36,071 bases of DNA from Fidelibacterota bacterium (lineage in GTDB: Bacteria; Fidelibacterota; Marinisomatia; Marinisomatales; JABMOV01), in assembly GCA_046861395.1 (NCBI GenBank), contig JBHHUC010000018.1:1-36071 (forward strand), given 5' to 3'. Numbering within the stretch: the stretch's first letter is position 1; each line of letters begins with the position of its first letter. A model generated the notes under the pieces. That model was given only the letters and a program-made list of their open reading frames with translations, searched no databases and was not told the origin of the DNA. The translations under genes were made by a program, and so were the position numbers. Below, piece by piece: positions 9,613 through 21,117 of the stretch.

Positions 9613-10688
9613 TCCCGCTCCCGGTACAATTCATACAATCGTTGGCCGGTGTTGTTGTAATCATGGTATTTGACGACCCAGTCCCGCCCCACTTTTTTTC
9701 TGGAACGGATTTCTTCCGGTCGATCTACCAGAGAACGCAGGGTGGATTCAAGGGTCTCTGCTGTTATGGGCACAAAGGGATGATCTGGAATAAAAACCTG
9801 GTATTGTTCCACCAGTTCCGTCAGGCACACAAGTCCCAGGGATAGGGCTTCTACCGAATTCATGCCGTACCCCCAACCACCGCGGTTATGTACCTGGTCG
9901 ATTAACAGATCGCAGGTTTGTTTTTGTGCCAGTACTTCATCCTGGCTTAATCCTTCCAGGAGTACGAATCGGATCAGACCTTCGGCTTCCAGTTTACGGC
10001 AAACCGGTATAATGTCATCGCTGCCCTTATAATAACGGTTGGTGGGACTATGACATACTCGCAGAGGAGTATGTATGTCAAAATTCGGCGTGTGCTGCTG
10101 CGTATCATATGGTAAAAACATGTAGGTGAGATCCGGATGTTTGTCCAGCAGGTCCAGTTCACTGGTGAGGTTCAACTGACTGGCGGCGTCCACGGCAGGG
10201 AAAACACCGCGCGTGCGCAAATCCTGACCATGATAGGTAGCTGCAACAGGTTTCCCCCGGTCCGCTACCCGTCGGACAAACCTTCCGTCACGATAAAGGT
10301 CCATACCCCATTCAAAATGATAGATATCAAAATTGAGGAGATCATATTTTTCAATCGCCGGCTCAATAGTAAAATGCCATAACCAGTCTCGCCACCGGAA
10401 ATACCATTTTTCCAACCGGGAACCGGGTTGCCATACGGGGGGGTGACCGGGTTTTTCGGTATAGTCGCCCAGGGCACCCCGGTGGAGTTGGTAGTACCGA
10501 TGCCGCAGCTTCATGTAGGGTCCGGAAGAATAAACCAGGGGCAGGTTTAGACAAATGCCCGGATTGTTCTGAAACCGGGTCCGGTACAATGTGATAATCT
10601 GACATTCATTCCCCCGTTCCTCATGATAGCGCTGCCATAGATTGAGGGTTCCCACGGTGTTTTCCGGTGATATGTAAAGGATTTTCAT
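9603..10688 (-). CDS. GT-B fold glycosyltransferase (GT4-like)
   Basis: Start moved to MKILYISP (10688, ATGA-coupled to the upstream gene); YHGQDLR, HSPTNRYYKGSD and DQV..GYGMNSVEALSLG motifs. Confidence 0.82.
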   Translation of the reverse strand: MKILYISPENTVGTLNLWQRYHEERGNECQIITLYRTRFQNNPGICLNLPLVYSSGPYMKLRHRYYQLHRGALGDYTEKPGHPPVWQPGSRLEKWYFRWRDWLWHFTIEPAIEKYDLLNFDIYHFEWGMDLYRDGRFVRRVADRGKPVAATYHGQDLRTRGVFPAVDAASQLNLTSELDLLDKHPDLTYMFLPYDTQQHTPNFDIHTPLRVCHSPTNRYYKGSDDIIPVCRKLEAEGLIRFVLLEGLSQDEVLAQKQTCDLLIDQVHNRGGWGYGMNSVEALSLGLVCLTELVEQYQVFIPDHPFVPITAETLESTLRSLVDRPEEIRSRKKVGRDWVVKYHDYNNTGQRLYELYREREWL

Positions 10689-11779
10689 GACAGTGCGGCC
10701 CGGTATATTTCCAGCAGCCGATTCTGAACGGTTTCCCAGTTTCCCCCGGTCCGAATCCATTCCTGATTTTTTCTGACTTGGGTTTGAAGAACGTCCGGTT
10801 GTTGCAATAAATCACGGCAGACGGCAGCCAGTGCCCGGGGGTTGCCCGGTTCGACCAATGGCAGCCAGTCCAGACCCGACAGACGCAGGGGACGTACATC
10901 GGAGGCCACGACGGCGCAACCGGCAGCCATGTATTCGAAAAGTTTGGTGGGTGTATTGGCTTCGGTGAGGGGACTGCTGAGAAAGGGAATGAGGCCGATG
11001 GCAGCCTGGGTGATCCGCGGCCAGATTTCTTCATGGGGGATTTCAGTTTCCAGAACAATTCCGGCTTTGGCCGGGGAATCAGCAACCCGATCACGAAGAT
11101 GGCGCTGATAGGCATCGCTTTCGGCCGGACCGATCAGGGACAGCTCCAGAGTTGAGTCCCCCTCATACAGTATTTCATAAGCCTGAAGCAGAATTTCTGT
11201 CCCGCGCTCCGGTGACATTTGTCCGTGATACACCAGACGATGACGGTGGTTTCCGGTCATGATCCGTGATTTCAGAGGAAAGTTCTCCAACAATGTTAAT
11301 CGTCCGGAATGTGAGGGATAGGGGTTTCCAGCCACCATATTGTTGGCAAAAATGATGTGATCGACATAGCGTAAATAATAACGCTCATACCACGACAAAC
11401 CCCGGTTTATGATGGTTTTTACAGGTCGAGACCGGCGGGAATGGGTGCCCCACATTTCCCGCATATATTCATGGACATCGTACAGGGTAAAAGTGGAACC
11501 ACGCCGTTTGAACCAGCGGGCCAGAGGCAAAAGTTCAAATTCATGAAAATGAAACACAGCCACGAAAGCGGGAAGATTTTCCTTTACGGCCGTCAGAAAG
11601 GAAGCCCGGTCAAGATCAGGAAAATTAATGTGGGTGACCAGGTCGTCGGAAAGATCGACTCGGACCGCACTGCGGGTCAGGTAGGTAATGGGACGCCCCA
11701 GCGTTTTCAGGGTTCTGATTTCCCGGTGATATATCCGTTCATCATCCGGCCGGTGACCCAGGCTGGCAACAACAATCAT
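10685..11779 (-). CDS. Glycosyltransferase family 4
   Basis: H.PDDERIYHRE, YDVHE, YHGQMSPERG and PTKLFEYMAAG..VVASD motifs. Confidence 0.9.
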   Translation of the reverse strand: MIVVASLGHRPDDERIYHREIRTLKTLGRPITYLTRSAVRVDLSDDLVTHINFPDLDRASFLTAVKENLPAFVAVFHFHEFELLPLARWFKRRGSTFTLYDVHEYMREMWGTHSRRSRPVKTIINRGLSWYERYYLRYVDHIIFANNMVAGNPYPSHSGRLTLLENFPLKSRIMTGNHRHRLVYHGQMSPERGTEILLQAYEILYEGDSTLELSLIGPAESDAYQRHLRDRVADSPAKAGIVLETEIPHEEIWPRITQAAIGLIPFLSSPLTEANTPTKLFEYMAAGCAVVASDVRPLRLSGLDWLPLVEPGNPRALAAVCRDLLQQPDVLQTQVRKNQEWIRTGGNWETVQNRLLEIYRAALS

Positions 11780-13194
11780 CGGGAAATGATTCCTCGCAAC
11801 ACTTTGCGGTCGGAAGCCGGCAGAATTACCGTTACCCAGATTACGGCATAGAGCATCGGCAGCGCTAATTTGGTGAAAAGATTATGGGGTAGTATCATGG
11901 TGAGAATGATAGCCAGGACAGGAAACAGGATGGCGGTCCAGCGGTAAGGAATGGGATATAGAGCATGTGTTTTGCGATAGATGCTCCCGGCCATGAAGGC
12001 ATAGGCCATACAACTGGCCCAGGCCGATCCCATGATGCCAAACAGCGGAATCAATGCCAAATTGAGGACAATGGCCGTTACGGCACCCACGGCCCGGAAT
12101 TGTACAACCCAGCGGGTATTGTCAGTATGGTAGATCGCGGGGTGCTGAAGAACGTATAACCCGAAAAACATGTATCCCAGGAGAATGATGGGAACGATGA
12201 CTGTGGATTCCCAGAATGATTCACCGAAAAAACTGTATCCCAGAAAACGAAAGGTAACCAAATCCTGAATCCACAGGATGATGATGACGGAAATCAATCC
12301 CTGGATACCGGTAAAAAAATTGGCAACGCGGGCAAACAACTTTTGTGCTTCGGGATTGGTCCGTTGCTTCAAAAAATATGGCGTCCAGCCCATGTTGAAA
12401 CCCATAACAATGAGGAGGCCGAACATCCCCAGTTTATACCCGGCGGAATAGACTCCGACCGTAGCGGTATCCGTCAGCCAGTTCAGGAAATAACGGTTGG
12501 AGAGTTCCATAATCATGGTGAAAATGCCGGCTGGTAAAAAGGGCAGGGCAAAACGCAATACGGTGCGGGAATAATCCGGCGATAAGCGGTGAAAAACCAT
12601 GCGGCGGAAGAAAAAGGGAAGCGTGAGGATTACCAGAAAAGCCGATACGATCAGGTTTGAATAGAGTACACCCCGGATTCCCAGATGCAGGCCGACAACA
12701 AAATAAATATTCAGGCCCAGCGACCCCATGACATTGATCAGGTTCAGCAGGACAAAACGGACCGGTTTTTCTTCCGAACGCAGGACAATGGCTGCCAGGG
12801 TCCAAATCGTATCACAGAACAGAATGCCGCTGGTTATGACAATGATGGTTGTATCACTGACGGCGAACAAAATGGGGGACAGCCAGCTCCGGCTCAGGAT
12901 CAGAAATCCCGAAAATAGAAATCCGGTGACAATCTGTAGCAATAGAATGGTGGTCAGATACACTGGCTGATCGGCTTTTTCCTGAGAATAAAATTTCATG
13001 AGGGCTGTATCGGTGCCGTAGCGATAAAACATCATGGCAAATCCGATGAAGGCATAGACCAGAGAAACAACACCGTATTCTCCCCGGGTAAAGACATTGG
13101 TGTAAATGGGCAGTAGAAGGAAGGTGATCAAACGGGAAATGATATGGCCGAAACCATAGATCAATGATTGTTTTCCCAGCGCCCGGACGGACAT
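11776..13194 (-). CDS. Wzx-type oligosaccharide flippase (MOP superfamily)
   Basis: Start reassigned to MSVRALGKQSLIYG (13194), just past the upstream stop; LLLPIYT...EYG and VGVYSAGYK motifs; many TM helices. Confidence 0.88.
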   Translation of the reverse strand: MSVRALGKQSLIYGFGHIISRLITFLLLPIYTNVFTRGEYGVVSLVYAFIGFAMMFYRYGTDTALMKFYSQEKADQPVYLTTILLLQIVTGFLFSGFLILSRSWLSPILFAVSDTTIIVITSGILFCDTIWTLAAIVLRSEEKPVRFVLLNLINVMGSLGLNIYFVVGLHLGIRGVLYSNLIVSAFLVILTLPFFFRRMVFHRLSPDYSRTVLRFALPFLPAGIFTMIMELSNRYFLNWLTDTATVGVYSAGYKLGMFGLLIVMGFNMGWTPYFLKQRTNPEAQKLFARVANFFTGIQGLISVIIILWIQDLVTFRFLGYSFFGESFWESTVIVPIILLGYMFFGLYVLQHPAIYHTDNTRWVVQFRAVGAVTAIVLNLALIPLFGIMGSAWASCMAYAFMAGSIYRKTHALYPIPYRWTAILFPVLAIILTMILPHNLFTKLALPMLYAVIWVTVILPASDRKVLRGIISR

Positions 13195-13198
13195 AAAG

Positions 13199-14176
13199 TT
13201 AGAAGCGGAATTCCAGCGTATCGCGAAACATGCCGCTGGCCCCGAAATTTTCCTTGAAACGGGCCAGTCCGAAATTGGGCGTTTCATTAACCGTAAAGAT
13301 TCCGAAATCAAATACCTGGTATTTTTCCCGAATGGCCCAGTCAAAAATGGAATAAAAGAGCAGATTGAGGGCGCGGTATTCCTGGTAATCCTCATCATGG
13401 CTGATATAGAACGCCAGGACGACGGCATCGGTTGCGATGAAATTCACGACGCCGGCAATCATGGCATCACCGATGAAAGCGCCGAAAAGGTTAACCCGGT
13501 CGGGAAACCGATCCTGCAAATCCATGAGTTCAGCCAAAGAATGGGTTGGTGTAACACCATGACGTATGTTGAGGTTTTGTTCCAGAATGGCATAGAAGGC
13601 GGGATAATCCTGTGATTGGCGGACCGTGACACCCATGCGCTGGGCTTTCTTAACCGCCCGGCGATGGGTGGGTTTGAATTTTTTCAGATTGTCGATCACC
13701 GTTTTTTCCAGGAACAGGATACTTGATACTTCCCGACGGGCATAGGAGAAGCCATGCTGAATGAGAGCAAAATCGATATAATTCGACAGACGCCGGTTAT
13801 AGATGGTAGGAGGCATTGTGAGGCGAATTCCGGAAAATCCCTGGTCGCGACCATAATGCCGCAATGTTTCCACCAAACCGTAGGCCCGTGCGAAGGACAG
13901 ATCCTCCGGCACGACAAAGGAACCGTAGGAAGATCCAGGATGCGACACCAGCCAGCGCTGCCCCTGTTCCATCCGTTCTGCCGCCGGAAAGAGGGCGTAA
14001 GGCCGGTCCTTCACAGAAAAGATCAGGCTGTGATCTTGGAAACGATCCGGTGGATGGTAGCCAAGAAAGCGGCGGGTATGGAATAGGGTACCATTATTGG
14101 CCTGCCAGACAAAAGTATCCCAGTCGTTGGCCAGAGAAGGGTGAAAGTGTTCTACCGTAATTGTTGGTGTTGGCAT
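13199..14176 (-). CDS. FemAB-like/GNAT-fold acyltransferase
   Basis: WDTFV..ANNGTLFHTRRFLGYH, SHPGSSYG, RRAVKKA and FDFG...GLARFKENFGA motifs. Confidence 0.85.
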   Translation of the reverse strand: MPTPTITVEHFHPSLANDWDTFVWQANNGTLFHTRRFLGYHPPDRFQDHSLIFSVKDRPYALFPAAERMEQGQRWLVSHPGSSYGSFVVPEDLSFARAYGLVETLRHYGRDQGFSGIRLTMPPTIYNRRLSNYIDFALIQHGFSYARREVSSILFLEKTVIDNLKKFKPTHRRAVKKAQRMGVTVRQSQDYPAFYAILEQNLNIRHGVTPTHSLAELMDLQDRFPDRVNLFGAFIGDAMIAGVVNFIATDAVVLAFYISHDEDYQEYRALNLLFYSIFDWAIREKYQVFDFGIFTVNETPNFGLARFKENFGASGMFRDTLEFRF

Positions 14177-14265
14177 TGGACCCCAGAGTCAGTTCCTGTG
14201 TAAATGAAATTAGGGGTTGGAAGTTTCACGGACAAAGGAGAGATTACTGCTGTTGGACTACGGGA

Positions 14266-14475
14266 TTAATTCCCAAAGAAGTCTAGGACATTTTCCAGGG
14301 TACTGGTTTCCGTTTTATAAATTTCCGTGTATCCGCACTGCCGGCAACTGACGGTGGTGAATTTTTTATTCTGAATATTGAAAAATTTCGTGAACCCGCC
14401 GCCGGTGGCAGCGAATTGCCCGACTTCGAATGAATCATGGTTACATTTGGGACAAGACCAGTTTTGATGTTTCAT
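14266..14475 (-). CDS. Small Zn-ribbon putative nucleic-acid-binding protein (DUF2082-like)
   Basis: CPKC...ATGGGFTKFFNIQNKKF..VSCRQCGYTEIY signature. Confidence 0.85.
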   Translation of the reverse strand: MKHQNWSCPKCNHDSFEVGQFAATGGGFTKFFNIQNKKFTTVSCRQCGYTEIYKTETSTLENVLDFFGN

Positions 14476-14626
14476 ATATTCTCTCGGTTAATTGCAAAAT
14501 AATTCCAGATAAATATAACCCAGTTTACTCGGAATCCGAACAGGATAAACGGTGAGAGCCGGGCGGGAAAATCGGAAAAGAGGTAGAAAGATACTTCACA
14601 CAAATTCAATTCTTATTCTAATTTGA

Positions 14627-16271
<1,645 letters not shown>

Positions 16272-16290
<19 letters not shown>

Positions 16291-16847
16291 TAGACTTCCT
16301 CACCCCGTAATACGGATTTACAGATAAACTCCACATTTTCCGGCGGACGGTCAAAATCATAATAGAGTTCAGCCACAACGGATTGTTTCGGTGGTACGAT
16401 GGCTAGGTCCTGGTATTTCCCCTTGAATGGATTCAGGTCTCCCCGGTTGTTCCCCGAAGCGGTTATCCGGGTCATCATCATGGCCGAATAATCAAAAGGT
16501 TTCCCGCGTAAATTTGTAATCCGGAGTTTAAGATGCACCTGGTTTCCGTCACGATTAGCGGACAGAACATTGTATTTTACCTTATCGGCGATCTGATCGG
16601 TGCCCGGAGGCAGCGCCACCCGTGGATCCTCAAAGGCTGCGACCGGAATATACACGTCCACCGTGGTTTTGATAAATTGTTTGCTACGGTCCAATTTCAG
16701 TTTGGTCACAGGGAGTCCGGCCTCCAGAGACCCGACGGGTTTTTCATCTGAAGGAGAAAGAAAAACAGGTGTTTCTTCTTTGAGAGTGGTCTCCTGGGCT
16801 AAAAGTGCGCCTAGAAGGATACTAAGAAAAAAGAGGCGGATGATCAT
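16272..16847 (-). CDS. Secreted hypothetical protein (SH3b-like N-domain plus DUF4352-like Ig fold), coupled to motB
   Basis: Signal peptide (..GALLA/QE); ETPVFLSPS..VGSLEAG.PV..L (SH3-like) and LKLRITN...VPPKQSVVAELYYD (Ig-like); ATGA overlap with the motB stop. Confidence 0.65.
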
Positions 16848-17572
16848 ATGGTTCCTGTGACGGTGTGTGTTTTAATGAAGGCATCGAGATAGATTTCCAC
16901 CCGCCGATTCTTGGCACGAGCTTCCTTTAAATTCAGCGAATTTTTCCCAACACTCGCAGGATCAATGACGGGCCGGAATTCACCGTAACCCATGGCCGAA
17001 AATCGGGGCTCGGGAATGTGAGAAAATTCACTGAGGAGCTTTACAATATTCAGAGCGCGGGCCGTGGAAAGATCCCAGTTACTCTCATACCGGGCCGGTT
17101 GCTTCACCGGTAAATCATCCGTATGGCCTTCGCAGCGGATTTCAACATTGAAAACTCCACCGCGGCGCTTGATTACTTCGATTAAATTAGCATAGGTAGA
17201 ATCTTCTTCGACGTGCATGAGTTTGGATACGCGGATAATGCTGCCAATCTGACGTAACAAGGGATGAACGATGGGCTGTACTTCAGCTTCGTTAGAACGA
17301 AACAATTCACCGCTGGCCATTGTGATTTTAACACCCTTGGTGACCCGCTCTACGGAAACGTATTTTGACTCTATCTGTTTCAGTTCTTCATATGTTTCAT
17401 CCAGGAGCCGGTTTATTACACGATCGATGTGTTTTTCCGCATCATTCATAATGACTAACAGGAGGACAAAAAATGTGAGTAACAGTGTGGTTAAATCGGC
17501 GTAGGTGATAGCCCAAGACGTGCTTTTAGCCTTGGCCTCAGAAACGGTCATCCCAAAGTTTTTAGCACTCAT
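16844..17572 (-). CDS. motB: MotB/PomB-like stator B subunit with an OmpA-like peptidoglycan-binding domain
   Basis: WAITYADLTTLLLTFFVLL TM with the conserved Asp; EGHTD, SNWDLSTARA, GYGEFRP and KNRRVEI motifs. Confidence 0.9.
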   Translation of the reverse strand: MSAKNFGMTVSEAKAKSTSWAITYADLTTLLLTFFVLLLVIMNDAEKHIDRVINRLLDETYEELKQIESKYVSVERVTKGVKITMASGELFRSNEAEVQPIVHPLLRQIGSIIRVSKLMHVEEDSTYANLIEVIKRRGGVFNVEIRCEGHTDDLPVKQPARYESNWDLSTARALNIVKLLSEFSHIPEPRFSAMGYGEFRPVIDPASVGKNSLNLKEARAKNRRVEIYLDAFIKTHTVTGTI

Positions 17573-17575
17573 TGC

Positions 17576-18388
17576 TCAGGAAGTCTCCCCTCGTTTGCTG
17601 GCGGGGACAAAAGTCATGAGTTTTTCACGGATCAGAATGGGATGTTCCTTGGCGTGAATACTGATAATTCCTTCGGCCATGATGGTTTTGAGCATCAATT
17701 CATCCTGGGATTTTCGCTTCAGCTTTCCGCCGATGGGCAGAAAAACAAGGTTGGACAGTAATACTCCATAAAAGGTGGTGATCAGGGCCAGCCCCATGCC
17801 GGTGAGGAGTTCGGCGAATTTCACAGCCACATCAAACTCCAGCGATTCGACGGAACCGCCGTTCCCCCCCGAAAAATTATTCATCATGACAATCAATCCC
17901 ATGACGGTGCCCAGCATACCGAAGGCCGGGGCGTAAGCCCCCATATAAAAGAAAATTTCCTGACCGATATTGTGTCGTCGTTCGATATTGCTCAATTCCA
18001 GATTCAGAAAGGTACGGAGACGGCCTGCGTCCCGTTCGTTGATGGCCAGTTCAATTCCGCTGCGTAAGAATTTATTGTCAATTTTGTCCAGGTCGGCTTC
18101 GAGTGACATAATGCCTGATTTTCGTGCTTTTTCTGCCTTTTCAACCAGAGCATCGATTTCTGCCTCATAACTGTGACTTTCATAGATAAAGACATTTTTC
18201 ATGACCTTGAAAATGCTCAATACATTGCGCAGGGGATAATTTACCATCGTGGCAGCCAATGTTCCCCCCAGGACAATCATTATGGAATTAAAATTAAAGA
18301 ACCAATAGAGGTCTCCATGTCCTCGCACAACACCAATTGCCACAATTCCCAACCCCGCTAACAGTCCAATGGCGGTACCGAAATCCAT
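17576..18388 (-). CDS. motA: MotA/PomA-like stator A subunit
   Basis: MDFGTAIG, IVLGGT, ARKSGIMSLE, APAFGMLGTVMGLI and ALITTFYG..LSN..FLPIGGKL motifs. Confidence 0.92.
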   Translation of the reverse strand: MDFGTAIGLLAGLGIVAIGVVRGHGDLYWFFNFNSIMIVLGGTLAATMVNYPLRNVLSIFKVMKNVFIYESHSYEAEIDALVEKAEKARKSGIMSLEADLDKIDNKFLRSGIELAINERDAGRLRTFLNLELSNIERRHNIGQEIFFYMGAYAPAFGMLGTVMGLIVMMNNFSGGNGGSVESLEFDVAVKFAELLTGMGLALITTFYGVLLSNLVFLPIGGKLKRKSQDELMLKTIMAEGIISIHAKEHPILIREKLMTFVPASKRGETS

Positions 18389-18420
18389 ATTATATCCTTT
18401 ACAGATTTTTTACCATGTAA

Positions 18421-18448
18421 ATTATAATAGTTAAATTCAATCCCGCAA
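18421..18448 (-). promoter_or_regulatory. Putative sigma70 promoter for motA; the palindromic ATTATAAT gives TATAAT on both strands
   Basis: Minus strand TTGCGG (18448-18443)-N16-TATAAT (18426-18421); plus strand TATAAT at 18423-18428 upstream of folC. Confidence 0.5.
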
Positions 18449-18458
18449 GCTATCAATT

Positions 18459-19730
18459 ATGACAACACAATTCAGATCTCTCGATGATCGTCTGGACTAT
18501 TTATACGGATTACAGCGTCTGGGTATCAAAAAAGGTCTTGGCCATACCCGTGCCCTGCTCCGGCATTGCAATAATCCCCAAAATCATTTCCCGGCGATCC
18601 ATATTGCCGGCACAAACGGAAAAGGGTCCACGTCAGCGCTGCTGGCATCGATTCTGAGCAAGGCCGGTTACCGAACAGGATTATATACTTCGCCGCATTT
18701 AGTCCGGTTCAATGAACGGGTCCGGGTCAATGGGGTACCCATCACTGACGATGCCATCATCCAATTTGTCGATAACTATCGCCCGGCCATCGAAGAGATT
18801 CAATCCACTTTTTTTGAAACCACAACAGCCCTGGCCTTTTCCTGGTTTGCTGAACAGAATGTGGATGTTGCCGTGATTGAAACAGGTCTGGGGGGACGGC
18901 TGGATTCCACCAATGTAGTACAACCGGAATTATCTGTCATTACGCCGGTGGCGATGGATCATCAGCATATCCTGGGATTGACACTGAGGCAGATTGCTCG
19001 GGAAAAGGCTGGCATAATAAAGCGTAAAACACCGGTGATCACCGTTCGACAGAATAAGGACGTAGCCATGGTGATCCGGGAGACGGCCCACCGGAAGGAA
19101 GCATCCGTGATCCGGGTCCCGGTCCCAGAAGAAATTGAAGTCGTGGAAACAGCGACCCGATTTTTCTTGGCCGGTGAACGGTATTCCGTGGCACTTCCGG
19201 GGTATCATCAGGCAGAGAATGCCTCAATAGCACTGACCGTAGCCCGGACCTATCAGCCCCAAATTACCCAACCGGTCATACAAAAAGGACTGGATACCAT
19301 CCGGTGGCCAGGGCGTATGCAATGTTTGTCACGGAAACCGCTGCTCTATTATGATGTTGCCCACAATGCGCACGGCATCCATTCCATGCTACAGACGCTG
19401 GCGTCCATACGTCCCTCGAAGCCGGTAGGTTTGTTGGCCCTGAAAGGAGATAAGGATATAGTTGATATTGCCGGGGTTGTGCGAGGGAGGTTTTCCCGCC
19501 TGATAGTATCATCCCTGCCCGACGCCGATCTAATTCCGGCGGAGACCCTGGCCCGGGAATTGACGCAGCAAAAGGTTGATGTGGATGGTGTTCTCCCCTT
19601 TTCAGCCGCCATAACAGCCTTGGCAACTGCCGCTGGTCGGGACCGGCCGGGAGTGATATTTGGCAGTCATTATATTGGAAAAGCAGTATTTAGCGCGTTT
19701 GAATTTCCCTTTGACACGGGAAGGATTTAA
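18459..19730 (+). CDS. folC: Folylpolyglutamate synthase/dihydrofolate synthase
   Basis: HIAGTNGKGST, YTSPHL, ETGLGGRLDSTN, EKAGIIK, WPGR and DVAHN motifs. Confidence 0.97.
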   Translation: MTTQFRSLDDRLDYLYGLQRLGIKKGLGHTRALLRHCNNPQNHFPAIHIAGTNGKGSTSALLASILSKAGYRTGLYTSPHLVRFNERVRVNGVPITDDAIIQFVDNYRPAIEEIQSTFFETTTALAFSWFAEQNVDVAVIETGLGGRLDSTNVVQPELSVITPVAMDHQHILGLTLRQIAREKAGIIKRKTPVITVRQNKDVAMVIRETAHRKEASVIRVPVPEEIEVVETATRFFLAGERYSVALPGYHQAENASIALTVARTYQPQITQPVIQKGLDTIRWPGRMQCLSRKPLLYYDVAHNAHGIHSMLQTLASIRPSKPVGLLALKGDKDIVDIAGVVRGRFSRLIVSSLPDADLIPAETLARELTQQKVDVDGVLPFSAAITALATAAGRDRPGVIFGSHYIGKAVFSAFEFPFDTGRI

Positions 19731-19738
19731 CGTAATTT
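19711..19738 (+). promoter_or_regulatory. Putative sigma70 promoter of the rho operon
   Basis: Perfect TTGACA (19711-19716)-N16-TAATTT (19733-19738), straddling the folC stop. Confidence 0.6.
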
Positions 19739-19828
19739 ACTTCTTCGGATTTTTATTCTCTTCGAAGGATATTTCGTTTAGCGCGCAATCCCCCACAAAA
19801 ACGTAAGTCTAAACCACAAGGTTTGTAA

Positions 19829-21076
19829 ATGGATATTAATGAATTACAAGCCCTGAAAATCAAGGAATTGACCAAGCTGGCACGAGACTTGGACATCCAA
19901 GGATACTCAGGACTCAATAAGCAGGAATTAATTGTCAAGATTCTTCAGGCAAGCGTGGAGAAACAGGGAGACCTGTTTGCCCGCGGTACGCTGGAAGTAT
20001 TATCCGACGGTTACGGTTTCCTGCGCAGCCCAGATTTTAATTATTTACCGGGACCCGATGATATATATGTCAGCCCTTCCCAGATTAAACGTTTTGGTTT
20101 GCGCACCGGTCATCTCATTGCGGGACAGATTCGTCCGCCCAAAGCCAAGGAGCGGTTTTATGCTCTGCTGAAAGTCGATTTAATCAATGACCGACCGCCG
20201 TCGGAAATATCCAACGCCATTCTGTTTGAAAATCTTACCCCTACATTTCCGGAAGAAAAATTCAATCTGGAAGGGGACCCGAAAAATTTATCCATGCGGA
20301 TCATGGACATGATTTCTCCCGTGGGAAAAGGACAGCGGGGATTAATTGTCGCCCAGCCCAAAACCGGAAAAACCGTGCTGTTGCAAAAAATTGCCAATGC
20401 TATTCGTACCAACCATCCTGACACGAGAATGCTTATTCTGTTGATTGATGAACGGCCGGAAGAAGTGACTGACATGAAACGGAATGTGGATGCGGAAGTG
20501 GTGAGCTCCACTTTTGATGAACCGCCGGAGCGACATGTATCGGTGGCTGAAATGGCTTTGCAAAAAGCCAAAAGGATGGTGGAATTCGGTGAGGATGTTG
20601 TCATTCTGTTGGACAGTATCACCCGCCTGGCGCGGGCCCATAATGCCGTCATCCCCCATAGTGGAAAAATTCTTTCCGGTGGAGTTGATGCCAATGCCTT
20701 AAAAAAGCCGAAACAATTTTTTGGTGCCGCTCGTAATACGGAAGAAGGTGGGAGTCTTACTATTATTGCTACGGCTCTGATTGATACCGGCAGTCGAATG
20801 GATGATGTCATTTTTGAAGAATTCAAAGGAACTGGTAATCTGGAATTAGTTCTGGATCGTCGTCTGAGCGACAGACGTATTTACCCATCTTTCGATATTA
20901 TCAGGTCAGGAACCAGACGTGAAGAATTATTGTTACCCAAGAAAACACTGGGCCGGATGTGGATCCTGCGTAAACTGCTCAATGAAATGAATGTAATTGA
21001 AGCCATGGAATTTTTACAGGACCGTATACGGCGCACCAAATCCAATGATGAATTCTTGGATAATATGAACGGGTGA
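19829..21076 (+). CDS. rho: Transcription termination factor Rho (compact, no N-terminal insertion)
   Basis: [59 protein letters not shown] and SGTRREELL motifs. Confidence 0.99.
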   Translation: MDINELQALKIKELTKLARDLDIQGYSGLNKQELIVKILQASVEKQGDLFARGTLEVLSDGYGFLRSPDFNYLPGPDDIYVSPSQIKRFGLRTGHLIAGQIRPPKAKERFYALLKVDLINDRPPSEISNAILFENLTPTFPEEKFNLEGDPKNLSMRIMDMISPVGKGQRGLIVAQPKTGKTVLLQKIANAIRTNHPDTRMLILLIDERPEEVTDMKRNVDAEVVSSTFDEPPERHVSVAEMALQKAKRMVEFGEDVVILLDSITRLARAHNAVIPHSGKILSGGVDANALKKPKQFFGAARNTEEGGSLTIIATALIDTGSRMDDVIFEEFKGTGNLELVLDRRLSDRRIYPSFDIIRSGTRREELLLPKKTLGRMWILRKLLNEMNVIEAMEFLQDRIRRTKSNDEFLDNMNG

Positions 21077-21117
21077 CAAATCATTAGCAGATACTAACAT
21101 ATTCATGAGGTATAGTA

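Noticed and set aside
13195..13428. Long N-terminal extensions in the ORF track (flippase to 13428; also 10760, 23497, 32347, 33822, 35086)
   Set aside because: The extensions overlap upstream genes or a terminator. Downstream ATGs give coupled starts and sensible N-termini.
16844..18388. Zorya (ZorA/ZorB) anti-phage system
   Set aside because: MotA is a standard 270-aa stator subunit without the long ZorA tail, no ZorC/D/E-like genes are adjacent, and the context is housekeeping.
20158..20826. 222-aa antisense ORF inside rho, and similar shadow ORFs in eno, prfA, murI and the permeases
   Set aside because: They lie fully opposite or within well-conserved genes and have no recognisable motifs, so they are explained by codon bias.
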